This document shows, piece by piece, positions 28,897 to 37,775 of a DNA stretch of 46,772 nucleotides (its first letter is position 1; each line of letters starts with the position of its first letter). Below the pieces are notes generated by a model that saw only the letters and a list, made by a program, of their open reading frames with translations, ran no database searches and was not told the DNA's origin. Origin of the DNA: Pseudomonadota bacterium (GTDB taxonomy: Bacteria > Pseudomonadota > Alphaproteobacteria > Rhodobacterales > Rhodobacteraceae). The position numbers were made by a program, and so were the translations under genes. Location of the stretch: positions 1-46,772 of the forward strand of contig JBCBGX010000001.1 in NCBI GenBank assembly GCA_038526325.1. Direction: 5' to 3'.

Positions 28897-29907
28897 ATGG
28901 CAACGGTGGATGTGACTGTGATGGGGGCGGGGATCTTTGGCCTGTCAGTCGCCTATGCCTGTGCCTGTCGTGGCGCAAAAGTCCGGGTCGTTGACCCACA
29001 CGGTGTTGCTGCGGGTGCCAGCGGCGGCTTGGTCGGGGCACTTGCGCCACATGTGCCTGAAAACTGGAATGAAAAGAAGGCGTTTCAGTTTGAAAGCCTT
29101 ATTATGGCTCAGGATTTCTGGGCAAGTGTCGAGCATCTGACAGGGGTCGATGTGGGCTATCAGCGGTCCGGCCGGCTGCAGCCCTTAACTGATGACCACG
29201 CTGTGGCGTTGGCGCGGGCCCGGGCGGCAACCGCAAAAGAGCTATGGCAGGGTAAGGCTGTTTGGAAGATTTTGGAAAGCGGGGACGACGCCTGGATGCC
29301 GCCATCGCCGACGGGTCTGGTCGTATATGACACGCTTTCGGCGCTGATCCATCCCCGGCGTGCAACCCGCGCTTTGGCGGCAGCTGTTGCCAAAAAAGGC
29401 GGCGAGGTTGTCGGCCATGGCCCGGAACAAGGCGCTGTGGTCTGGGCCACAGGATGGTCAGGCATGACAGAGATTGGCGGGAATGGGGTTAAAGGGCAGG
29501 CGGCGCTGCTGCGCTATGACGCCTCGGGCAAACCCCAGCTCTTTGCCGATGCCCTTCACATCATCCCGCATGGCGATGGGACGGTTGCAGTTGGATCAAC
29601 GTCCGAGCGAGACTTTGACGATCCGTCAGGCACCGATGCTGGGCTGGATCATATTCTGACCCGCGCCATAGGCGCCTTTCCGGTTTTGTGCGGCGCCGAG
29701 GTGATTGAGCGTTGGGCGGGCGTTAGGCCGCGTGCTAAATCTCGCGCCCCTGTTCTAGGCCATCATCCGATACGCGCGGGCCAGTTCATTGCCAATGGCG
29801 GCTTCAAAATCGGCTTTGGCATGGCCCCGAAAGTGGGCGCAGTGATGGCCGATCTGATCCTTGAGGGGCGCGACACTGTACCTGCCGGGTTCAAGCCGAT
29901 GCCATAG
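28897..29907 (+). CDS. FAD-dependent oxidoreductase (DAO family, MnmC C-terminal-like)
   Basis: GAGIFG, GASGG, GVKGQ, VGSTSE, WAGVRP, GGFKIG. Divergent from mnmD. Confidence 0.85.
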   Translation: MATVDVTVMGAGIFGLSVAYACACRGAKVRVVDPHGVAAGASGGLVGALAPHVPENWNEKKAFQFESLIMAQDFWASVEHLTGVDVGYQRSGRLQPLTDDHAVALARARAATAKELWQGKAVWKILESGDDAWMPPSPTGLVVYDTLSALIHPRRATRALAAAVAKKGGEVVGHGPEQGAVVWATGWSGMTEIGGNGVKGQAALLRYDASGKPQLFADALHIIPHGDGTVAVGSTSERDFDDPSGTDAGLDHILTRAIGAFPVLCGAEVIERWAGVRPRAKSRAPVLGHHPIRAGQFIANGGFKIGFGMAPKVGAVMADLILEGRDTVPAGFKPMP

Positions 29908-30191
29908 CCTAACCTGCGAGATCTTTTCGCAACCTGGCACGGTACTTTAGATACAATTCTCCTTTTTTGGAGTCGACAGATTGGTTGATCAGGTTGCGGA
30001 AAATCCGGCGCATTCGATGCAAGGAAAATCGTCGCAATCGTTGACCGGCAAAGCTATGCCTCAATCGCAATCGTTATGAAAAATTAGATGCAAAATTTGC
30101 GACGTTCCATTTGACGGCTACGACGATCCCAGTCAGGTCCTAGGTCGTCGATTGCTGGACGATGCGCCAGCCACATTCTGCGCTGGCTCAA

Positions 30192-31016
30192 TCAAACCCC
30201 GATCGTAAGCGGCATGTGCCGGTTCACATTCTTGTAAAGCAAATAACGAAACGGTCCGGGACCCCCCGCATAACAGGCCTGAGGGCAAAACGCCCGCAAC
30301 CACATGAAATCGCCCGCTTCGACCTCGACCCAATCCTGGTTCAACCGATAGACGGCTTTGCCCTCCAGCACATACAGCCCGTGTTCCATCACATGGGTTT
30401 CGGCAAAAGGTATAACGCCGCCAGGTTGGAATGTGACGATGTTGACATGCATATCGTGCCGCATATCGTCCGGGTCCACAAAACGGGTGGTTGTCCAGGC
30501 ACCATCGGTATCAGGCATCGCAACCGTTGTGGCCTCAGCTTCGTTTGAGACAAAAGCCGTCGGCGCCGCGATGCCTTCGATGGCCTCATACGCCTTGCGG
30601 ATCCAGTGAAAGCTGCATCCCGCCTCACTTATGAGATGCCAATCGCATCCGGGCGGCAGATACGCAAAGCTACCCGGAGCCATGTCGTGGGTATGGCCAT
30701 TCAGGGTCAGGGAAAAACGGCCACTAGTGACAAACAGCACGCCTTCGGCTTTCGGATCCGTTTCAGGCCTGTCGCTCCCGCCGCCCGGTGCGACATCCAT
30801 GATGTACTGGCTGAAACTCTCTGCAAAACCTGACAAGGGTCGGGCCAGAACCCAGGCGCGCGTGTTATCCCAAAAGGGCAGCGCGCTGGTCACGATATCT
30901 GTCATGACACCTTTTGGAATGACAGCATAGGCTTCGGTAAAGATCGAGCGACCGCTCAGCAGCTGTGTTTGAGGAGGTAGCCCTCCTTTGGGGGTGTAAT
31001 AGGTCGGCTTGGTCAA
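30192..31016 (-). CDS. allE: (S)-ureidoglycine aminohydrolase-like bicupin (YlbA/AllE)
   Basis: FTEAYAVIP, WVLARPLSGFAESFSQY, IPFAETHVMEHGLYVLEG, LRAFCPQAC, YLLYKNVNRH. TTG start after GGAG. Confidence 0.85.
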   Translation of the reverse strand: MTKPTYYTPKGGLPPQTQLLSGRSIFTEAYAVIPKGVMTDIVTSALPFWDNTRAWVLARPLSGFAESFSQYIMDVAPGGGSDRPETDPKAEGVLFVTSGRFSLTLNGHTHDMAPGSFAYLPPGCDWHLISEAGCSFHWIRKAYEAIEGIAAPTAFVSNEAEATTVAMPDTDGAWTTTRFVDPDDMRHDMHVNIVTFQPGGVIPFAETHVMEHGLYVLEGKAVYRLNQDWVEVEAGDFMWLRAFCPQACYAGGPGPFRYLLYKNVNRHMPLTIGV

Positions 31017-31107
31017 GTGAACTCCTCCGCGCCTCCCTTAAACGTGGTTCTTGCAGCACAGCAAAGCGTGCCATACCGAATAGGTTTATTCCGGTTTTCT
31101 TGATAAT

Positions 31108-31770
31108 TCAGACGGATGGTGGATTGGCAAAAGGCAAATGCCCCGTCTTGATCCATAGCTTTGCGCCGGTGGGCCCCGCGCGCAGCTTGAGCGGTGCCCC
31201 TTCGGGAAGACGCAGCCAGGCGCCCTGCTTCAAAACCTCTTCGTCTTCGATGCCAGATCCTGCGATCATCAATATTTCCGCACCACCTGCCGGTTTTTCG
31301 TGCAGCACTGCGTCTGGTGCCAATGCAATAAATCGAACCGTTTCACGTGCGTCTTTGTGCAACGTCTTCGCTTTGATCTGGTCGCCTTCCAAATTGGTAT
31401 CCATAGCCATACGGAACTGAGTTCTGTCATCGGGATCAAATTGCCAGAGTTTGACGAAGATGGTGCAGCCCTCTGCCGCCCCTGGCGTATGTGAAGTGGT
31501 CGGTGGATTGCGGACATAGGTCCCGGCGGGGTAATCGCCATGTTCGTCCTGAAATGTTCCAGCCAGCACAATGAACTCCTCGCCGCCGGTATGGGTATGT
31601 GCTGAAAAGTGGCTGCCCGGCGCATACCGCACGATAGAGGTCGCGCGCGCGATCTCATCCCCAATCCGGTCTAGCATGCGCCGGTCAACTCCGGCCATGG
31701 GTGAGGGGGTCCAAGGCAGTTCATCTGTTTGGATTAGGACACGTTGGGTGAAATCCGCGTTCAGTTCCAT
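31108..31770 (-). CDS. ChrR-like cupin domain protein
   Basis: [50 protein letters not shown]. Confidence 0.88.
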   Translation of the reverse strand: MELNADFTQRVLIQTDELPWTPSPMAGVDRRMLDRIGDEIARATSIVRYAPGSHFSAHTHTGGEEFIVLAGTFQDEHGDYPAGTYVRNPPTTSHTPGAAEGCTIFVKLWQFDPDDRTQFRMAMDTNLEGDQIKAKTLHKDARETVRFIALAPDAVLHEKPAGGAEILMIAGSGIEDEEVLKQGAWLRLPEGAPLKLRAGPTGAKLWIKTGHLPFANPPSV

Positions 31771-31778
31771 GAAAGCTC

Positions 31779-32537
31779 CTACAAGGGTGCAAGGGTGATC
31801 CCTGCCTCTGTCAAGTGTTGGCGAATGCCGCGCGCCATTCTGACAGCACCGGGCGTGTCGCTATGCAGGCAGATCGTGTCAATCTGCGCCGGGATATGTT
31901 TGCCGGATGAGGCGATGATCGCGCCCGCCTGCAGCATTTTAAGAATACGCGGAGCGGCAACGTCAGCATCATGCAGCACCGCGCCAGGCAGGCCGCGGTC
32001 GACCAGTGTCGCGTCATCGTTATAAGCCCGATCTGAAAATATTTCCCCCGCCCAGGAACAGCCCAAGTCACGCACTGTTTCTTCCTGTGCGGTCGCGGCC
32101 AGCACCATAATTACTATATCCGGATCCACATCAAGCGCGGCCTGATAACACGCGCGCGCCAAGGCATGATCCACGCTTGCCATATTGGCCAAGGCACCGT
32201 GCAGCTTCAGATGCCGGACGGTGCCACCTGCCCGGCGGGCCATCGCCTGAGCGGCCCCGAGTTGATAAGCGACGGCGTTGGCAATCTCTGAATGCGGGAT
32301 GGGCAATTGCCGACGGCCAAATCCCTTGAGGTCCGCAAAGCCCGGATGTGCCCCGATCCCGACGCCCTTGGCGATGGCCATGCGCATGGTCTGGTCCATC
32401 ACATCCGGGTCGCCTGCGTGAAAGCCGCAGGCCACATTGGCCGAGGTCACGATATCCAACAAGGCGGCGTCATCGCCCATTGTCCAGGGCCCAAATCCTT
32501 CGCCCATGTCGGAATTCAGGTCGACTTTGCGCTGCAT
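31779..32537 (-). CDS. pxpA: 5-oxoprolinase subunit A (LamB/YcsF)
   Basis: [49 protein letters not shown]. Confidence 0.92.
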   Translation of the reverse strand: MQRKVDLNSDMGEGFGPWTMGDDAALLDIVTSANVACGFHAGDPDVMDQTMRMAIAKGVGIGAHPGFADLKGFGRRQLPIPHSEIANAVAYQLGAAQAMARRAGGTVRHLKLHGALANMASVDHALARACYQAALDVDPDIVIMVLAATAQEETVRDLGCSWAGEIFSDRAYNDDATLVDRGLPGAVLHDADVAAPRILKMLQAGAIIASSGKHIPAQIDTICLHSDTPGAVRMARGIRQHLTEAGITLAPL

Positions 32538-32538
32538 G

Positions 32539-33558
32539 TCAGGGCCTTTCCACATCATCGCCAGCGGTTGCACCGCTGATCAATTGGTAGCTCAGCAGAT
32601 CGGCGATGTCATGCGGGTCGCGGATGATGGGTTGGCACGACTGCGCAAGCTTTATGAGAAGGTCAGCGTCAGAGATCGCTGTCGCATCAGCCTCGTCGAC
32701 GCTTAGAAACTGAAACGTCAGGTCTGTGCCGGGGGCTGCTTGCGCGATCTTGGGCAGATCAGCCGGGATCACACTGCCAATCCGGGGATAGCCGCCGATG
32801 GTCTGGCATTCAGCCAGAAGCACATATGGCACCCCATCGCCGGTCATCTGAATATCGCCCGGCACGATCAGCTCGGATACGAGAGTGCGCCCGCCCTCAA
32901 TAGGGAAACCTGTCCCGCCATAGTCAAGTCGAACACCTTGCCTGTTGCCGCGCGGGCTGCGGGCGAAGATCGTTTTGGCAAATCTGTCCAGAACCGTTGC
33001 ACTGAAGAAATCCGTTTGCGGGCCGGGCATAATCCGGATGGTGCCGCCATTAAAACGGGCGTCGGGCGCCAGCTTTTGTGCTGCGCGCATTGGGTCAGGA
33101 TCAGGACCAAGTGGCAGCGTTTCACCCGGCTGAAGCCGCGCTCCGATCCCCGCAGTCAGATGCGTTGCACGGCTGTCCATGATCTGTTCGCTCAAGATCC
33201 CGCCTGCGAAGGCCAGATAGCCGTAAACCCCAGCCAGTGCGCCCCCAATCTTCAACTTGGCCCCAGCCTGTAGGATGTGGGTCATGTTTGGCGCGATTGG
33301 CGTGCTGTCGATGTCGGCCTGCATGCTGGCGCCTGTTAGGGCGATGCGTGTTGGATGCGTGACGCTGAAGGTCCCCCCAAACCCCATCATTTCTATGACG
33401 GCCTGGTCTGGCGGTGCATCCAGCAATGCGGCAGCCTCGAAAAGGGCAAGCCGGTCTGCGGCGCCGCCCGATGAGAGGCCCTGCGCCTTCCAGCCCGGGC
33501 GGCCCAGGTCCTGCACTGTCAGGCCGGGACCGGCGCTGTGGATGTGCAAGATGGGCAT
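32539..33558 (-). CDS. pxpC: 5-oxoprolinase subunit C (allophanate hydrolase 2 / KipA-like)
   Basis: TVQDLGRPG, GGAAD, GPQ, NRQGVRL, GDIQ, QTIGGYPRIG. Confidence 0.9.
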   Translation of the reverse strand: MPILHIHSAGPGLTVQDLGRPGWKAQGLSSGGAADRLALFEAAALLDAPPDQAVIEMMGFGGTFSVTHPTRIALTGASMQADIDSTPIAPNMTHILQAGAKLKIGGALAGVYGYLAFAGGILSEQIMDSRATHLTAGIGARLQPGETLPLGPDPDPMRAAQKLAPDARFNGGTIRIMPGPQTDFFSATVLDRFAKTIFARSPRGNRQGVRLDYGGTGFPIEGGRTLVSELIVPGDIQMTGDGVPYVLLAECQTIGGYPRIGSVIPADLPKIAQAAPGTDLTFQFLSVDEADATAISDADLLIKLAQSCQPIIRDPHDIADLLSYQLISGATAGDDVERP

Positions 33559-34283
33559 CAGCGCAGCACCTCACACACCGCGCCGCCATCGGGATCTGTG
33601 TTTGTCGAAAGTGCGGCATAGTCGGTGGCTGAGATGGCGTGGAACTGCACCGCGTCGCCAGGCCGAAAGGCGAAAGGCTCTGCTGTTTCTGGTCGATAGA
33701 CGCGGAATGCGGTTTGGCCAATATGTCGCCAGCCGGTCGGGGCATCCGCCGCCCAGATGATCAGTTGTCGCACAGCCGCGATCAACGCGCCGCGTGGCAG
33801 GGTTTCGGTCAATGTGCTTTGGCGCGGAATATCCCAATGATCGGGCAACATGCCGAGATAGGGCTGCCCCGGCGCAAATCCGATTGCAATAACGCGCGTG
33901 GTTTGGGCAGTGATCTCGGCAATGGCCTGATCTACCGTGACGCCCGCCAATCGGGCCGCTTCGGCCAGTTGCGGGGCGTGATCTCCATCAAAGCAAACCG
34001 GTATGCGCCACAACCGCCGGGGACTGCTGACTGGTGTTTCATGATCCGCCAAAAACGACATGATCGCCTGTGTCACCGCTTTGCGATCTGTTCGCACAGG
34101 ATCAAAGCCGACCCGAACCGATGCTAAGGATGACGCGACCTCGGTGACACCAGGCACATTTGCGCCGGCAAACTGATCGCGAAAGCTAACGGCGCGTATG
34201 TTGGCCGCTTCTGTCAAGACACGTGAAAAGCGAACAAGGACGCCATCTACTCCTAACGGGCGGAATTCGGGTTCTGCGGTCAT
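33558..34283 (-). CDS. pxpB: 5-oxoprolinase subunit B (allophanate hydrolase 1 / KipI-like)
   Basis: IPVCF, IGFAPGQPYLG, IPRQ, PTGWRHIGQT, PGDAVQF. Confidence 0.9.
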   Translation of the reverse strand: MTAEPEFRPLGVDGVLVRFSRVLTEAANIRAVSFRDQFAGANVPGVTEVASSLASVRVGFDPVRTDRKAVTQAIMSFLADHETPVSSPRRLWRIPVCFDGDHAPQLAEAARLAGVTVDQAIAEITAQTTRVIAIGFAPGQPYLGMLPDHWDIPRQSTLTETLPRGALIAAVRQLIIWAADAPTGWRHIGQTAFRVYRPETAEPFAFRPGDAVQFHAISATDYAALSTNTDPDGGAVCEVLR

Positions 34284-34390
34284 GTGGCGGTTTTAGGTGG
34301 AACCTTTTGGACTGTCGATGGGCCGCTCTACCGTTGCCAGCCAGACGACCCATCTATGGAAAGGTAGACTTCGACCGCCCTGACTGGGGA

Positions 34391-35038
34391 TCACTCGTAC
34401 TCCACATTGAACGTGGTAACGACCTGTGCGATCTGCGTGTCGGTCATGTGGACCGGGTCTCGTCCGCGTGTCAGGATCGCAAGCTTGGCGGCTTCTTCCA
34501 GTTCTTCCATAGCGTAGACGGTTGGGCCAAGGTCGGAACCCGCCACGACGGGCCCATGATTGGCCAAAAGCACAGCGCTGGTTCTGGCAGCTACCTGTCG
34601 TACTGCCTCTCCCATTGCCGGATCGCCCGGTACAAAGAACGGCAGCAGTTTGACCTTGCCCAATCGCATGATTGGATAGGGGGTCAGCGGCGGCAAGACG
34701 TTTTCGGGGTCAAGATCAGGCAGCATGGAAAGGGCAACCGAATAACTTGGGTGCAGGTGGACAACCGCGCCGGTGCTTGCGCGCGTGTCGTAAAAGGCGG
34801 TGTGCAACGGGATCTCCTTGGTAGGTTTGTCCCCGGCCAAGTGGTGCCCGTCCGCGCTGATCAGGCTGATCTGCGCGGGGTCCAGAAACCCCATGCAACT
34901 GCCTGTCGGTGTGATCAGGATCGTCCCGTCAGACAACCTGACCGAGATATTGCCCGATGATCCGCAGGTCAGCCCGCGATCAAAAATTGACCTGGCGAAG
35001 CGGGTGATATCGTCGCGTGCTTTTGTCTCTTCGTTCAT
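34391..35038 (-). CDS. otnC: 3-oxo-tetronate 4-phosphate decarboxylase (class II aldolase family)
   Basis: SIFDRGLT.GSSGNIS, ITPTGSCMGFLDP, GDKPTKE, VVHLH, LPPLTPY, LANHGPVV, EELEE. Coupled to otnK. Confidence 0.85.
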   Translation of the reverse strand: MNEETKARDDITRFARSIFDRGLTCGSSGNISVRLSDGTILITPTGSCMGFLDPAQISLISADGHHLAGDKPTKEIPLHTAFYDTRASTGAVVHLHPSYSVALSMLPDLDPENVLPPLTPYPIMRLGKVKLLPFFVPGDPAMGEAVRQVAARTSAVLLANHGPVVAGSDLGPTVYAMEELEEAAKLAILTRGRDPVHMTDTQIAQVVTTFNVEYE

Positions 35039-36252
35039 GTGCTGGTTTCCATGTCCTGCAGCGCGGTTGTGAAAAAATCCTTCGCACCGAAATTGCCGGA
35101 TTTCAGCGCAAGCGCCATGTCATTGTGCCGAAGCGCTGGAACACCATGGGCCAGTTTTGGGCCGATATGAAGCGTTTGCGCCCGTAACCCGGTCACCACC
35201 GCGCCAGAGGTTTCGCCGCCCGCCACCACCATGCGTTTGACCCCTTTGACCGCAAGGTCAGCAGCCAGATCGGAAAATAGCGTTTCGATCTTTTCGGCGA
35301 TGGTCTCTCGCCCGTACTCCGCTTGCGCCTTGGCAACCACATCCAAATCAGCAGAAGAATAGATCAAAGGTGCCGTGGTCTGGCCCATCACCCAATCGGC
35401 AAGCTCTGCCGCCGTGATTTTGCCCGCCATCACATCACCCGCAGCGATTTCGCGGCTGGGGGCCTTGGCTTTGTAATGTGCGACCTGGCCCCGGGTCGCG
35501 CGACTGCAAGAGCCTGACAGAACCACGCCCGGGCCCGTTATCCCATCCCAGGGCGGCGTTGTGGGTTTTGCGCCAAAATTGGCAGGCAGGCCTAGCGCGA
35601 TGCCAGATCCACCGGTCAGCAATTTCTGGCCCCTAGCGCCCTGCCCGAGGCTGAGCAGATCGGCCTCGCTGACCGCATCCACGATGATCATGGCGCGCCC
35701 AGACGGCAAGGCGTGCACAATCGCAGCAGCCCCTTTGGCGACGATCGCAAGCGGCAGATGGGCCACAGGCCAGGTCGTTTGCCGTGCCAGCACGCGGCGC
35801 AGATCGGCATCTTTCATTGGGGTCAGCGGATGGTCTTGCATGCCGCTTTCATTGAGCAGGACATCATTCACGAACAGATGGCCCATATACACGCTGCGCC
35901 CATTGGCGGGGAAAGCTGGGCAGGTCAGGACATGTTGGGTTTTCAGTTTCTCTGCCAAGGCCTCTGCCACCTGGCCGATATTGCCTGCGTCGGTGCTGTC
36001 AAATGTCGAACAGACCTTGAAAATGATCTGTTCGGCGCCTTGTTTGATCAGCCAATCACAAGCTGCAAGGCTTTGGGTGATGGCCTCTGCAACCGGGATT
36101 GTGCGTGATTTAAGCGCAACGACCCCGGCCTCTACATCTGTATCCCCATCGGGAATGCCAACGAATTGCGCAGTGCGCATCCCACCTTCGGCAAGGGTCA
36201 AGGCGATATCCGACGCCCCGGTAAAGTCATCTGCGATGACACCGATCTTCAT
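35035..36252 (-). CDS. otnK: 3-oxo-tetronate kinase (DUF1537 four-carbon acid sugar kinase)
   Basis: IADDFTGASD, ALKSRT, FKVCSTFDST..GNIG, ESGMQDHPLTPM, TGGSG, LSGSCS, AGGETSGAV, LKSGNFG. Confidence 0.9.
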   Translation of the reverse strand: MKIGVIADDFTGASDIALTLAEGGMRTAQFVGIPDGDTDVEAGVVALKSRTIPVAEAITQSLAACDWLIKQGAEQIIFKVCSTFDSTDAGNIGQVAEALAEKLKTQHVLTCPAFPANGRSVYMGHLFVNDVLLNESGMQDHPLTPMKDADLRRVLARQTTWPVAHLPLAIVAKGAAAIVHALPSGRAMIIVDAVSEADLLSLGQGARGQKLLTGGSGIALGLPANFGAKPTTPPWDGITGPGVVLSGSCSRATRGQVAHYKAKAPSREIAAGDVMAGKITAAELADWVMGQTTAPLIYSSADLDVVAKAQAEYGRETIAEKIETLFSDLAADLAVKGVKRMVVAGGETSGAVVTGLRAQTLHIGPKLAHGVPALRHNDMALALKSGNFGAKDFFTTALQDMETST

Positions 36253-37034
36253 GATTTTGGTCCTTGGTCGAGGCGGATGATATGCTCGGCCTTCCCTTGC
36301 GGGAAGTTTTCGCGCACGAGCGGGTCATGGCCTGGGATGATCAGCGATGGCTTGGAGGCGAGGCGATAAAGTATATCAAACCCATCCAGCATGTCCTGCA
36401 AATCCACAACAATGGGGAAGGGTTTGCGGGCCTCGAAATTTTCTTAGTAGTGGGCCGCGTCTGAGGCCAGCACCAGCCATCCGGCGGATGTCCGCACCCG
36501 CACACATTGCAGGCCGCGTGAATGCCCGCCGATACAATGCACCGTCACACCATCAGCGACTTGGCCGTCCCCATCGTGAAAGATCACTCGCCCGGTATAA
36601 AGTCGTTTGATCGCCTCACAGACATGGGCGGCTGTAAAGGGCATCCGCAAGGTGTCGTGGCACATGCACGGGCCAGTGGCAAAGGCCATCTCGGCCGCTT
36701 GCATATGCAGCGTGGCGTTGGGGAACAGGTGCAACCCGCCTGCGTGGTCGTAATGCAAATGGGTGACGATCAGGGTGGTGATGTCGTCAGGCTTCAGGTT
36801 TAAAGGGGTCAGCGCCTCAACCGGGTTCAGGCGTATCGGGCGATCACGTGCCGCGGCCTCGGCATCATCATAGCCGGTGTCTACCAAGATCACCTCATCC
36901 CCGCGGCGCAGAACCCACATGAAGTAATCCATCGCGTGAGGCGCGTCATGATTGTCATCAAAGATAAAGCTGTCCCCGCGCGTCCGTGCGTTGCGGTCGG
37001 CATATTTGACGGCGTGAACTTCCCACTCGTTCAT
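36249..37034 (-). pseudogene. Metallo-beta-lactamase-fold lactonase (AHL-lactonase family) with in-frame ochre stop
   Basis: LVDTGY, THLHYDHAG, GGHS, LASDAAHY, then TAA at 36444-36446. The frame resumes ENFEARKPFPIVV...IPGHDP and ends at TGA 36249-36251, overlapping the otnK ATG. Confidence 0.88.
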
Positions 37035-37321
37035 TTGTATACAGTGTCCCATGTCTGCACGATCTTGTCTGCGATCAGATCGCGGATGGCCTTATCAAAC
37101 ACTTTGAAATGCTTGCTGGCCAAATGTGCATCAAAGGCGGCGCGATCAGCATAGAGTTCGTAGAGGAAGACCGTGTTGGGATCACAGCTGTCGATGACCA
37201 CGTCAAACTGATGACAGCCCGTCTCTTGCTGCTTTGAAACGCGCGCATTCTCCAGCATCAGCGGCATGAAATCCTTGGACATACCGGATTTCAGAACGAA
37301 ATTGACACAAACAGCATACAT
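37031..37321 (-). CDS. ABM-family (putative quinol monooxygenase / LsrG-like) protein
   Basis: ENARVS..ETGCHQFDV, FLYELY, AFDAHLASKHF. ATGA coupling to the lactonase. Confidence 0.87.
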   Translation of the reverse strand: MYAVCVNFVLKSGMSKDFMPLMLENARVSKQQETGCHQFDVVIDSCDPNTVFLYELYADRAAFDAHLASKHFKVFDKAIRDLIADKIVQTWDTVYK

Positions 37322-37731
37322 CAGCGACCTCTTGAACTTGTGTACCTACGTTGAACGAATGGGTGCTGGCGTGCAACGAGTGCGTGGTTCACTGTTTGTA
37401 GGATAGCCGCGCCCTGGCCACCGCCAAAGGGGTCAGTGGGTGACAAAATTGCGGTATTTGATCTTGCAAAAGAACATCCCCTGGTTCGGTGCTTTCTGGC
37501 AGTATCGCGACCCGGTCATCATTGTCCGGTGGCGACCACCTTAATGACGATGCGGATCGCCTCGGCCCGGTTGCAGCCCATCCAACCGGCATAACAGGAG
37601 CGCGTTGTGCCCTTGTGGCGGATGGCCCCGCAAACCTCATTGTTGCTGCAAATACGTGTGCAAATGGTCCTTTCATCGTATCCTTTCATAGGATGTATGT
37701 GCTGTGATTGCATATCGCTGCGTCTTCGATG

Positions 37732-37741
37732 ATGTATACAT
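37732..37741. promoter_or_regulatory. Palindrome ATGTATACAT, candidate GntR/FadR-type operator in the divergent promoter
   Basis: Perfect 10-bp palindrome 35 bp upstream of the IPMDH-like ATG. TGTATACA-type cores are typical of FCD-type GntR regulators, and one is encoded at 39878. Confidence 0.5.
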
Positions 37742-37775
37742 TGTTGATGGTCGAGTAAGAATTGGAAAGTAGGTT

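Noticed and set aside
28169-29050. Long overlap between mnmD and the FAD oxidoreductase
   Set aside because: Recognisable domains start at 28849 (-) and 28897 (+). The extensions are antisense read-through.
20953-36446. Stop-codon reassignment or programmed read-through explaining the in-frame stops
   Set aside because: The three internal stops are of three different types (TGA, TAG, TAA), each one substitution from Trp or Tyr, and all three codons terminate normal genes in this window.
36249-37034. Quorum-quenching AHL lactonase
   Set aside because: The family label reflects only the MBL fold. Translational coupling to otnK and the absence of luxI/luxR point to a metabolic lactonase.
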